A stretch of 64,000 bases of DNA from positions 11,532,001 to 11,596,000 of the forward strand of contig JBHGNT010000004.1 of NCBI GenBank assembly GCA_043228905.1, written 5' to 3'. This document shows, one piece after another, positions 35,180 through 47,129 of this stretch. Each line of letters opens with the position of its first letter. Positions within the stretch are counted from its first letter, which is position 1. The notes beneath the pieces were generated by a model, which was not told where the DNA came from, did no database searches, and saw only the letters and a list, made by a program, of their open reading frames with translations. Position numbers and translations under genes: made by a program. The DNA comes from Azolla caroliniana (lineage: Eukaryota; Plantae; Polypodiophyta).

Positions 35180-36703
35180 TCATTGCTCAAAATGTGGTAA
35201 TTGTGTGGCGTCAATATTAAAATAATAAAATTGAACCGCAGGATCAATTACACACGAATAAATTAATGAACTAGAATACTCACTTAAAGATTTAGAAGAC
35301 ACAAGTGAATGAGAAGGAAGTTTGGAACATTGAATAAAATGTTTACAATTATTAAGTTCAAATGTGATTGAGTGATTAACCCAATCAATGGACAAAGAAG
35401 GGTTTTTATTAAAAAACCAAGGATATCCTAAAATGACATCTGCGGATTGTAATTTCATAACATGAAAGTCAAGCTTCTCCAAATAAGTATCTATTTGAAT
35501 TGGTAGTTGACAAACAATGCCACTGATGTATTGAACGTTTCCATTTGCCATGTGAACTTGATAGATATGATCACTTGCGTTTATGTGGAGCTCCATTTGC
35601 TGCACAAAGTGATCATTAAGAAAATTGTGAGAACTACCGGAATCAAACAAGAAATGTGCTTGTGTTCCATTGATATATCCGACTACTCGGAGTAAATCAT
35701 TAGGTCCAAGTAAATGTGAAGGAAAAGTGCATTCACATAAACTTAAGTGATTGGTATGAACTTCAACAATATCAAAAGACTCACCTGTGTGACTCGTAGA
35801 TTTGTCTTGAGGAGGGGTGTTCATTGACTTCCTCTCAAGACGACGACAGGTATCCTTTGTGTGGCCCCGCTTCTTGCAATATGCACAGAAGAGGTTCGGT
35901 TTCTTTGAGTCGCGGTCAAGAGTGTCACTGGATTGCTTACGTTTCCCAATGAACTTGACATTCGGAGTTTTGGCGAACTCAGGTTTATTGTGGTCTTTCT
36001 TGGAAGTCCTATGGTATCGCAGCACAATGTTGACGGCTTCCTCGAAAGTTGTGGGGTCCTTGTCATGGACAATCCAATGATAATCCCCATTGGGAATACC
36101 ATTCAAAAAACAAGCGACAAACCATTTCTCACCCGTAAGTCCCGATTTTTGGATCTGGGTCCGTGCGTGATGCACATAATCCTCGAGAGAGGTAAATGGC
36201 TTACTAGACAATGTGAGCAAGTGTTGCGCTTGTTCGGTTTGAGAAGGTGGCTGCAAGAATTGTTTCTTAAAAACATCAACGAAACCTTCCCAAGTTGTGG
36301 GTAAGTTTTTTGCGGTCCTTAGGCCACGCCACCAAGCAACAGCTCGGCCACCTAACTCACGACCGACATAACCAATTTTTACTGCATCGGGCTTGGGATG
36401 AAGCTCAAAGTGAGACTCCCAACAACCAAGCCAAGTGCTAATGGCCTCCTCGGTTCTTTCTTTCTTATCTCCCTTGAAAGGCGTGACTACGAAGGAAGGT
36501 TCACCTTCTTTCTTGGACTCAATAGTTAATTCTTGGAATTTCTTTTCCAATGCCATATTGGCCTGTCTCATTTCGGCCAATTGATTCAAGGTAGTAGTGA
36601 GCAATTGCTCAATAGTGATCTCAGCTTGTGTGCGAGATGCGGATTGGGGTTGAGAGGTCTCATTTGGAGAGATTGTTCCAACTGCGTTCAAAACTTGTTC
36701 CAT
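35180..36703 (-). CDS. gag: Gag-protease of element L
   Basis: 507-aa ORF with the CAYCKKRGHTKDTC knuckle and LFDSGSSHNF aspartic protease motif. Confidence 0.92.
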   Translation of the reverse strand: MEQVLNAVGTISPNETSQPQSASRTQAEITIEQLLTTTLNQLAEMRQANMALEKKFQELTIESKKEGEPSFVVTPFKGDKKERTEEAISTWLGCWESHFELHPKPDAVKIGYVGRELGGRAVAWWRGLRTAKNLPTTWEGFVDVFKKQFLQPPSQTEQAQHLLTLSSKPFTSLEDYVHHARTQIQKSGLTGEKWFVACFLNGIPNGDYHWIVHDKDPTTFEEAVNIVLRYHRTSKKDHNKPEFAKTPNVKFIGKRKQSSDTLDRDSKKPNLFCAYCKKRGHTKDTCRRLERKSMNTPPQDKSTSHTGESFDIVEVHTNHLSLCECTFPSHLLGPNDLLRVVGYINGTQAHFLFDSGSSHNFLNDHFVQQMELHINASDHIYQVHMANGNVQYISGIVCQLPIQIDTYLEKLDFHVMKLQSADVILGYPWFFNKNPSLSIDWVNHSITFELNNCKHFIQCSKLPSHSLVSSKSLSEYSSSLIYSCVIDPAVQFYYFNIDATQLPHFEQ

Positions 36704-36804
36704 GATGCACGTTGTGGGTATGCAATAAAATAAGGAGGTTCAGAAAATACACAAGCAAAATGAATGCTTGAAATTTTGATTGAAAGAACTTTATCCAAGA
36801 AAGT

Positions 36805-36967
36805 ATCTCATGTCTTTACCCCTCTAGACATATGAGATGTGATTCGAGATCCGATAACTATGGTAACACTATGGTGTTTTAAAAACCATGGGGGAAAACA
36901 TAGCTAAGATGTATTTCTCGGATCTCTATCTTGAGTAATCATGGCGGCTCCCCGAGGCTCAACCATG
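36805..36967 (-). promoter_or_regulatory. Conserved structured 5'-UTR element of chromovirus L
   Basis: Homologue of 27185-27344, at the same ~100-nt distance upstream of the gag ATG. Confidence 0.6.
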
Positions 36968-38293
36968 GTTCTTACATCAATGAAATTTCCTAGATAGCCT
37001 TATATTAATGCCAACCCATCATGTATTATATGGTCGAGAAAGTGTATTACGTGAAAAAACAAGTGCACTCACAAGTAATATTCTAGTCTTGCGAGCAATA
37101 AGCAAACGTGATGATAAAATGATAAAATAAGGCACTACTCATAAGAGTTAAGTAGTGACGAAAACAAGGGTAAAAAAAAAAGAACCCATGTGTTACCTAC
37201 GAAAAAAACAATGTCACAAATAAATGGGAAGTGCAAGGTATGCACATATACATCCCAATATGATTGTTATAACTTGCACAATTGTGACATAAGCCACAAA
37301 TTGATACAAGTGATGACGGTGTTGTGCGCAAAGATGTAATACTCAAATCCATGAGTAAAACATCAATAAGGGAACTCATATGGTTTTACTCGTTTTCTAA
37401 GGCTTGATGATAAGAGTTAAACCTAGATGACCCGTTGAAAAAAAATCGTTCAACAAGCCACTCCATACGAAAAAAATAGTCTACACGTAAAGGTTACATT
37501 AAAAATAAACGATGTAAATACTTTATACATGAAAAGGAAGTGGAAAAAGGAGAGTTAATTGTGGGCGGGTAAATAATAATTACTAGAAAATCATATAAGT
37601 GAAACAATACTTATGAAATTAAGATTTAATTAGAATAATCAACAATTAGGTGTATGGAATCAAACATGCCCTAAGATACGAAACCCTAGGGTAGTTGACA
37701 TGCACCTCCTCAAGACCACCACATATCCCTAGAATCGGCCAAGTAATGGCTAATTAAAGAGGAAAGTGGCATAGGTAAGTGACATATACCTCGTCAAGGC
37801 CACATCATCCCTTAGAATCGGCCAAGTGATGGCTCAATAGAGGGGAAGAGTGGTATACTCAACATCATATGCAAAACGGCCATGAGATAAGCGTATGCGA
37901 TTAGAGCAAACACGCTCGACCCAATGCACAAGAATAATTATTATTGTAAGAGTTCAAGAGAGGAGAGAGTGGGATATATATCGCAATATGCAAAAGGCCA
38001 TGAGTTGAGCGTGTGCGATTAGTGCAAACACGCTCGGCCCGATGCATAATAATAAGTAAAATCGTAGCGTAGTAGGAGGTAGAAAGAAAGAGAATAAAAC
38101 GTAATACCAATTTGATTCGACCATAAAGAACGCATAATAGAAAAAGAGAAGAGATCAAAAAAGAAGAATACCGGGTTTAGAGTGTTGTTTTGATCCTGAG
38201 AAGAGCATGACGAGCCTTGTTAGATCCCCCTCGCTCACACGCAAAAAACATCAAAACAACAAAAAAAATTGTTAGTAAAAGCTCTGATACCAC

Positions 38294-38765
38294 TGTTAAG
38301 AGTCTATTACTAATCAATAGACCAAATCAAGTAAAAAGGAAGAAAATAGATTGGATAGAAGAACCCGTTCCACCCGACCACCCCCGAGCTATGATCTAGA
38401 CATAGCCAACCTACCACCGACGTCCCATACCGCCGGATATTAGGATGACTAATACCTTGGAAGAGATAAACACGATCGTCGAGACGAAAGCCTAGCCCGC
38501 ACCACCGGTGTCTACGACAGCAGCCTTCCGACGTGATTCCTATGAGGGTAGCTAAGCCTCATATTTATACCTTTTCCTAGGCCCCTTGAATAGATGTGCC
38601 TTTCTTAAAAGGCTCTCTATTCATTGGTTGTCTAAATCATGATAGTGCATGCACATATCATTCATTCTATCCAATCATTAGTCCCCTTTTTAATAATAGT
38701 GAACATACCCTTCACTAATGTAAATATTAGTGACCTACCCTCACCAACGTTATGTGTACATAACA
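38294..38765 (-). repeat. 5' LTR of element L
   Basis: Apparently identical to 31821-32292; PBS adjacent. Confidence 0.97.
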
Positions 38766-39249
38766 GACGTCCCTCTCTTTTTCTTCCCTCAAGTTTGTGA
38801 GATTATCTCTCATGCCCTTCTCTTTTTCCACTTTTTTTTTGGTTTTATTATTTATTATTATTATTTTTCAGTTGCGTTAGGTCACTCTTTCCTCCCGTTT
38901 TTGTGCGTGTCTTCTTCTTGGCTTCCTTCTTCCTGTTCTTTTCTTCTTCTCCTACTCTCAGATGCTTGCCTTCCTTTTTTCTCTCTTGTAGTGCTTCCTT
39001 TCGTTCTTTTACTCTATTCATGTACTGCTATTGCTACTTCTGTTTCCTCTTTGCTTCATCGTTTCTCTTCTTTCTTCTCTGCGATTTCTTCTTATTCGAT
39101 GTCTTCTACAAATCTTCTCTCTTTCTTTCTCTGTTTCTTCCACTTCTTCCTTGTTCTGTTTTGGCGTTTCGGGGTACGGAGGAAACACGACCTTCACTCT
39201 CCCTTTGCTTGCTCTCTGGCCCATTCTAGTCGTCGTTCGAGAGACTGAT

Positions 39250-39455
39250 TTCCTTAAATCTGAATCTCTAATCTGAAACCTTAATCAAAACCCCTAAATC
39301 AGAAACCCTAATCAGAAACCTTAATAAAAAACCCTAATAAAAAATCAACCGCTTAAGGAAATCAAAAACCCTAATCTAAAATCAAGCGCTTAAGGAATTC
39401 AAAAACTCTAATCTGAAATATGTATGAAATCAACCCTAATAAAAAAAATTGTCAA
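39250..39455 (+). repeat. Degenerate AAACCCTAAT (telo-box-like) repeat cluster
   Basis: Several AAACCCTAA/AAACCTTAA units interspersed with AATCAACCGCTTAAGGAA. Confidence 0.6.
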
Positions 39456-42400
39456 TCAGAAATACACTTGTTGCTACACCCCGATATTCGAGACATCCTT
39501 GTTTGGGACTCCAACAACTTCGTGTTGAGCGGCAAGCTCAACCGGATTCGGATCGGCTAAATTAGCTTGAGCCGGATCGTCATCCGGAAGGATGAAGCCG
39601 GATCGGTGAGACGGATCGAACAGATCGGCGAGCCGATGAGCAAAAGAGCTGGGGAGCTGGGGAGCCAGTTAGCCGGATCCAGCAGTAACAGGAAGCCTAG
39701 TAATAGCTTAGATTACTAGGTAGTTATTGTCTCGTAGTTATTGTCAGACGCTCGTGTCAGCATTGAAGTACGTTGTACTTCTGTCAATCCCATGAGGACT
39801 TGTATAAATAGTGTTGTTGAGCACGTTGTATGTACAGAGTGTTGATATAATTTTTTGAACTTAGATTCTTGTTCTGCTCTCTCTGTCTCTCCCGAGTACT
39901 CTCTGTATTCTCTTTATTATTCTCTCTCTCTACTGCTACACAACCAAGCTGTTGTTTTACGCTTCCACACATACGTTCTCACATGGTATCAGAGTGCGAG
40001 GGTTGAAGACCTCTGCAGCCGACATTTGCTTTCGCAAGACAAACCCTACAGGTTGTGAAAACAGAACAGTAGACAGAGAAAAAATATGGACAGATGTATG
40101 GCGAGTTCACTTCCTAAAGAGAAGCTCGACCGAAGCAACTACGTGTCATGGTCATACAAAATGCACCAGTACCTACTTGGGCATGGGTATTGGAGTTTCG
40201 TGGAAGGAACGAATGAGATAGCACCAGCGCCTACACACAAGGACTTCCCGGTATGGGAGCAAGGAGTGAGCCGATTATTATACTGCCTCGCGTCTTGTGT
40301 GCACGACCAGATGCTTGGCTACATTAGAGATGCAAAGACGCCAATGGAGGCCTACGAAAATCTGCGTAAGATTTTTGCCGCAAGTACCACAACCCGCAAG
40401 TTGCAGCTCCGTCAAGAGCTGAACAACATCCGACAAAGAGATATGTCGATTACGAATTACACCACCAAAACAAAGGAGATTTGCGACGCGCTCGGGTCCA
40501 TCAACATGATGGTAGACGAAGACGAAATGGTACAAATCTGCCTTGGTGGTCTCGCGCAAAGGTACGGGCCAATCCGGAAAGCGATGGTTGAAGAAAACCA
40601 CGTGAATGGGTTCAGGACCACTCAATCGGACAACTGGATGTTGTACAGAGAGGCGGATAGACCCTGTGGATGTGGGGGACGAGGTGGGTCGGCACGGACT
40701 GGAGGCGGCCGGCAAGAGCAGAAAAGAAGGCACAAACAACGTGTCGATAGCAGTTCCGAGACTTCCACAAGCAGGGGGAGTCAAGGCGGCGCCGGAGACC
40801 GGCAAGACAAATCCGCCACAGAATGTTGGTACTATGGCAAAAAGGGCCACAGAGAAAGCGAGTGCTAGAAGAAGCGCGTCGATTCGGACATATCTAGATC
40901 CGGCAAAATTGGTCGGGAGAACCAGCAAAGGTCGCGCTACATGCAAGGATCGAAAGGATCCGGAACCGGGAAGACCGGTAAGGGGCCAGCCTTGGTGATG
41001 AAGCACGTGGCAAATTCGATTAGAAAACCACTTCCAAATCGGAGGAAGTATGGTATGTTGATTCCGGTGCGTCGAATCACATGACGAGCCACAAAGAGTG
41101 GTTCTCCTTCTTGGAGAAACCGAAACAACCGGGGGTCATCGAAATCGGAGACGACACTCCTCACCCAATCGTGCATGTCGAAGAAGTCCCTTTGAGCCAC
41201 GTCGGACAGAGGGGGAAGCTGATGAACTTATTATACGTTCCGACTATCACGAAGAACCTGGTGTCAGTCGGTCAAATCGTTGACCAGGGGATGCAGGTGC
41301 GGTTTACGCACCTTGGCTGCTTCATTGAGGATGAGGGCCAGGTTATTGCGCAAGGGCGCAAAGAGGGGAGGATGTTCATCCTCAACACCAATGACATCGG
41401 CACTGCGTTGTTTGCCAAAGGACAGAAGATTGCAACGGATATAGATCTCTAGCACAAGCAGATCGACCACGTCAATTACCGGCGGCTTCAAGAGTTGCAA
41501 ACAAAACAAGTTGTTTTCGGTTTGCCAAAGTTTAGTGGCCGAAAGGCCCATGTATGTGAAGCCTGCCAACTCGGGAAGCAACACTGGCTTCCATTCCGCA
41601 TCGAACGAAACTGTAGTCATAACAAGCTCGACCTTATTCATTCGGATGTATGGGGACCGACACAGAACATGAGTCTTGGCGGGAGTCGATACTTCGTCTC
41701 CTTCATCGACGACTATAGCCAACACACATGGATCTACCTCATTGAGTGGAAGAGCTAATTCTTCGACTATTTCTGGAACCTCCAAAGCATGGTGGAACGG
41801 GAATCGGAGAGGAAGATCAAGTGCCTGCGGTCAAATGGCGGAAAAGAATATTTTTCCGGCCAATTCAATAGTTATCTGCAACGAACAGGAATTTGGAGAG
41901 AGTTCAGTTGCAGATACACACCGGAGCAAAACGGTGTGGCCGAAAGGAAGAATCGGTCGCTTGTCAACGTAGCAAGGGCAATGTTGGAAGAGAAGAGCAT
42001 GCCCCATTTCTATTGGGCGGAGGTGGTCTGGACGGCCGTCTACATTCAGAACCGGATCAGCGACAAGGTGTCCGTGCATTAGCTGTATTTTGGGCGCAAG
42101 CTGAATTTGAGACACCTTCGGATATTCGGCAGCATAGCATATGTGCATGTGCCGGATGAGAAGCGGAGGAAGCTGGATGCAAAATTGGAGAAGTGCATCC
42201 TCGTCGGCTACTCACTGGATGCAAAAGGTGTATAAGCATTATAACCCCTGGACGAAGCAGGTCTGACTTAGTCGTGATGTCGAGTTTGATAAAACGGCAT
42301 CATGGTACTCCTTACCAACTCCGACTTCCGACCCCGACCCGATGTCGGAGGATGAGGCTAGTGAGCCTGAACCGGCCCAGGTAGAAGATGATGAATTCGG

Positions 42401-42962
42401 GACTCAAGAAGAGAGTCCAGAATCGTTTCAGTTGAGTGGGCCAAACGAGAGACTGGGTCAATCTGACCAGTCAAATGAGGAACCGGGGAGTAGTGAAGAC
42501 TCTGTCGTGCTCTCCCCGCGCAAAGAACCGAGGAGACGGTTCACGCGCAAAGAAAGGGGAAGAAGAAGATATTAGAATACGAAACCAGCAACGATGAGTC
42601 AGATCGGAGTGAATCTGACTCTGGTATGAAAGAAGGCGGATATTCGGCAACAAATACCTCACCGGCCAAGAAAGGCATCAAACCGGGTAACAGTAAGTTA
42701 CGCCGGTCAACCCGCTAGAAGGAACCTGTTAAGCAGTACGGGTACAATAAGTACATGGCACATCACTATGCATACATGACCAAGGTGGCGGAAGTGTGTG
42801 AGCCGGAGAGCTACGCAAAAGCTGCAAAGGACGCAAATTGGCGTGCCACAATGGAGGAAGAAATGTGGGCACTTGAGGCCAACAACAAATGGGACCTAGT
42901 TGACCCTCCCCAACACTGTAAACCGATCGGATGCAAGTGGGTGTATAAGGTAAAGTACAACG

Positions 42963-45900
42963 CCGGTCCGGTTCTGTTTTCCGCGACCCCTCTTGTTCTG
43001 CGCGCCTCGACCTTCTCGGTCGGTATGTCTGCTCAATAGGCCCCTCTCAGCTCCTTCGCTGCTATGACTCCGGCGCTTATCGATCCATCGGTTCCTCCGC
43101 GATGGCATCGACTTCCGCTGCATCCGTGTCTACTTGGCCTTGAATTGATCCAATTCTTCCGAATTTGTCTGTTGAACCGAATTGATTGTCTTCGATTCGT
43201 TCCAACTCTTGTCCGAATCGGTTGCTCCTGATTCGTCTTCTGGGTTCCAACCCTTCACCACATCGAACCATGTCCGGGTCTTGGCCTTCTTCCTTCAATC
43301 GGCTCTGTCCTTCTTGACTCTGCCACCTTCTGTTCTTCCCTCACTGGCGCAATCGACAGTCTCTTTGCCTTTGCCCATTCCGGTGTCTTTGCCCGTTCTC
43401 CCCCTCAAGTGTGGCACGTCGAGATGCTGAACACCAAGCATTTTGGTGAAGTGCTACAACTTGTCCGATCCGAGTGGTTTGGTGAAGATGTCGGCAACTT
43501 GCCAATCCATGTGAACATACTGAAGTTCAACCTCACCGCTCAGGACACGCTCACGCACGAAGTGATAGTGCACTTCTATGTGCTTGGTGCGAGCATGAAA
43601 TACAAGGTTCTTGGTGAGTTGCATGCTGCTTATGTTGTCGTAGTAGACCAGAATCGGGGTCGGTACCTCGATCCGTAGGTCTTGCAGCAGTCGCCGAAGC
43701 CAAATGGCTTCACAGGTGGCAATGGTAGCACCCCGATACTCAGCCTCAGTGCTCGACAGAGCAACTGTTGGCTGCTTTTTGTTGCTCCACGCAACAGCCG
43801 CGCTACCTAGGGAAAACATGTAACCGGAGGTTGATCGGCGATCTGATGCATCGTTGGCCCAGTCGGCATCCGTGTAACGGACGAGCTCTTCGGTTATACC
43901 CCCCCGGTATAACAGTCACCGGTCCTTCGTGTCGTTGACATACCGCAATATCCGTTGCGCGCACTGAAGGTGCTCCACGGTCGGCTTCTGCATGAACCGA
44001 CTTATCATTCTGACCAGATAGCTGATGTCAGGTCACGTGATAGTCAAGTAAATAAGGCTTCCGACAATTTGTCGGAACCGTTGCTCGTTGCAGCCGGTCC
44101 GGAGTTGGGACGAAGCTTCTGGTTCCGGTCCAAGGGTGTGGACACAGGTCGGCATTCTGTCATGCCGAACTTGTACACAATATTCAAGACGTAATGTCGT
44201 TTTGAGAGCAATATGCCGTTGGGGGTTCGGATCACCTCGATCCCAAGAAAATAATGATGACGGTCCCCCAGGTCCTTCATCTCAAATGCGTCCGACAATA
44301 GGGACTTGACGCGGTTGATTTCTGGAACACCCGATCCGGTGATGACTAGATCATCAACATACAACAATATACATACCGGACCAACTGAGCCTTGCCGGAT
44401 GAACAACGAAGATTCCGATTTGGAGGCCACAAACCCCATCTTACGCAACCGGTGCGTGATCTTCGCATTCCAAGCTTGAGAGGCTTGCTTCATGCCGTAC
44501 AACAACTTCTTCAGCGCGCATACCGCCGACTTGTTCATCTCCAATTGAAAACCGGGAGGCTGAGTCATAAAGACTTCTTCTTCAAGATCACCTTGAAGAA
44601 ATGCATTCTTCACATCCATCTGATGAAGATGCCACCCCCTTGCCGTAGCAACCGCCAGCACCACTCGAACCGTCGTCATCTTCGCTACAGTAGCGAAGGT
44701 CTCGTCCTAGTCAATTCCGTGGGTCAGCGCATATCCCTTCACCACTAACCTGGCCTTGTACCGGTTAACTGAACCGTCGTCGTTGTACTTTACTTTGTAC
44801 ACCCACTTGCATCCCATCGGTTTACAGTGACGAGGATGGTTAACCAGGTCCCATGTCTCATTGACATCAAGTGCCCCCATTTCTTCCTCCATAGCGGCAC
44901 GCCAATTTGCGTCCTTTGTCGCTTCTGCGTAGCTCTCCAGCTCATGCACTTCCGCCACCTTAGTAATGTACGCATAGTGATGCGCCATGTACTCATTGTA
45001 CCCGTACTGCTTGACGGGATTCTTCTAGCGAGTGGACCGGCGTAACTCATCGTTACCCGGTTTAAGGCCTTTCTTGGCCGGTTCAATTTTCATTGCCGAA
45101 GATACGCCTTGTCCTTGCCGGAGTCAGATGCACACCGATCCAACTCATCGTTGCCGGTTTCGAATTCCGGCATCTTCTTCTTCCCTTTCTCTTTGTGCGT
45201 GAACCGTTTCCTTGGTTCCTTGCACGGGGAGATCACGGCAGAGTCTCCACTACTCGCCGGTTCCTTATCGGACTGGTCAGATTGACTCAGTCTCTTGTTC
45301 GGCCCGCTCAACCGAAACGATTCCGGATTCTCATCCTGAGTCCACGCTTCATCATCATCTACCTGGGCCGGTTTAGGCGCACTAGCCTCATCCTCCGGCA
45401 TCGGGTCGGATTCGGGAGTCGGTTCCGGTAATTGACGTGGCTTCTCCGCTTGTGCCATAGGTCGATGTCCGATTCGAGCTTCTGTCCTTTTGCAAACAGA
45501 GCGGTGCCGACATCATTGGTCTCGACTACTCCTAGTTGATCTGGTTTTTCCAAAAAGGAGAACCACTCTTTGTGGCTCATCATGTGGTTCGACGCACCGG
45601 AGTCAAGATACCACACTTCCTCCGATTTGGAAGTGGTCTTCTTCATCGAGTTCGCCTCATGCTTCATCACCAAGGCTAGCCCCATACCATTCTTGGATCC
45701 TCCCGTTCCCTTCGCGTAGTGCGAGCTTTGCCGACCATCCTTGCCGGCCTTGCCGGATCCGGAATTGTCCATATCGGCACATTTTCTCCAGCACTCGCTT
45801 TCTCTGTGGCCCTTTTTGCCACAGTACCAGCATTCCGTTGCAGACTTCTCTTGCCTTCTTCCGGTGTCGCCATGACTCCCCGTGCCTGTGGAAGTTCCGG

Positions 45901-47129
45901 AACTGTTGTCGGCACGTTCTCTGTGCCTTCGTTCTTGCTCTTGTTGGCCGCCTCCATTGCGTGCCGACCCGCCTCGTCCACCACACCCACGGGACCGATC
46001 TACCTCCGTGTACAGCATCCAGTTGTTAGTGGGTGCGCTAGTTGACGCACCAGCGTGGTTCTCCTCTACAAGGAGCATCGATTGTAAGTTGAAAAATGAC
46101 GGCGTATTCTCCCTTGTACACACTACCGTTCGGAACGCTCTGAACTTAGACGCCAGGCCCCCAAGATAGACCTCTACCATCTTGTCTTCGTCTACGGTAA
46201 CGTTGATAGAGGCAAGCGAGTCACAGATCTCTTTGATCCGGGCTATGTAATCTGCCACCGACATGTCCTTCTGTCGAACATTGGTCAACTCCTATCAGAG
46301 TTGCAGCTTCCGGGCTGTAGTGCTCGCGACGAAAACCTTCTTCAGGTTCCCCCAAGCCTCCTTCGGCGTCTTGGCGTCTCGGATGTGGCTCAGCAGCTGG
46401 TCTCCGACACTGGATGCGAAGCAGTACATCACTCTGCTTGCCGATTGTTCCCACACTAGGATGTCCTTATGTGCCGCATCAGGTGTTGTTTCGTTGGCTC
46501 CTTCGACGAAACTCCAGTAGCCATGCCCAAGCAGGTACTGGTGCATCTTATACGACCAAGATGCATAGTTGGATCTGTCGAGTTTCTCCACAGGGAGCGA
46601 ACCAGCCATTCCTCTATCCATCACTTCTTTGTCTGTTGTTCTTACGATCTGTTAGGGTTTTCTTTCAAGCGTTTGTCAGCTGCAGAGGTTCTCAACCCTT
46701 GCGCTCTGATACCATGTAAACAATTACTTGAGGAAGCATTAGAAAACAGAGAAAGTAGAGAATACACAGAGTACACGGGAGAGACAAAGAGAGTAGAACA
46801 TAAAAGCTATATTCAAAAACGATATAATTACTCTATCACATACAACTATGCTCAGTAGCACTATTTACACAAGTCCTCGTGGGACTGACAGAATTACCAC
46901 ATACTTCAATGCTCACACGAGCTTCTGACACTTACTACGATACTATAATTGCCTAGTAGTCTAAACTAATACTAGGCTTCCGGTTACCGATTGGATCAGG
47001 TTAACCAGCTCCCTAGCTCACCGGCTCTGTTGCTTGCCAGCTCGGTTGTTCACGGCTTACCGATCCGTCTCGCTTGCCAGCTCAGGCTTATTCAGCCGAT
47101 CCAGCTCCAGTTGAGCTTCCCGCTCAACA
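42963..47129 (-). mobile_element. Element H: Ty1/copia inserted antisense in G; 3' LTR lost and integrase deleted
   Basis: 5' LTR at 46715-47129 and PBS at 46703-46714. Gag 45700-46624, RT 44044-44988, RNase H 43454-43880. Internal deletions at about 45520 and 45427. Confidence 0.88.

Larger units (their letters stand above)
31821..38765 (-). mobile_element. Element L: very recent full-length Ty3/gypsy chromovirus
   Basis: 472-bp LTRs at 31821-32292 and 38294-38765 with no difference found by eye. TSD GACGT at 31816-31820 and 38766-38770. PBS TGGTATCAGAGC at 38281-38292; PPT GAAGTAGGGGAGTA at 32293-32306. Confidence 0.97.
31253..39212 (-). mobile_element. Inverted partial copy of element M (31253-31820 plus 38771-39212), split by element L
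   Basis: Reverse complement of about 8868-9893; the LTR start TGTTACC is at 31496. Confidence 0.8.

Noticed and set aside
39250-39455. Interstitial telomere
   Set aside because: Units are degenerate and interspersed, not a tandem (TTTAGGG)n tract.
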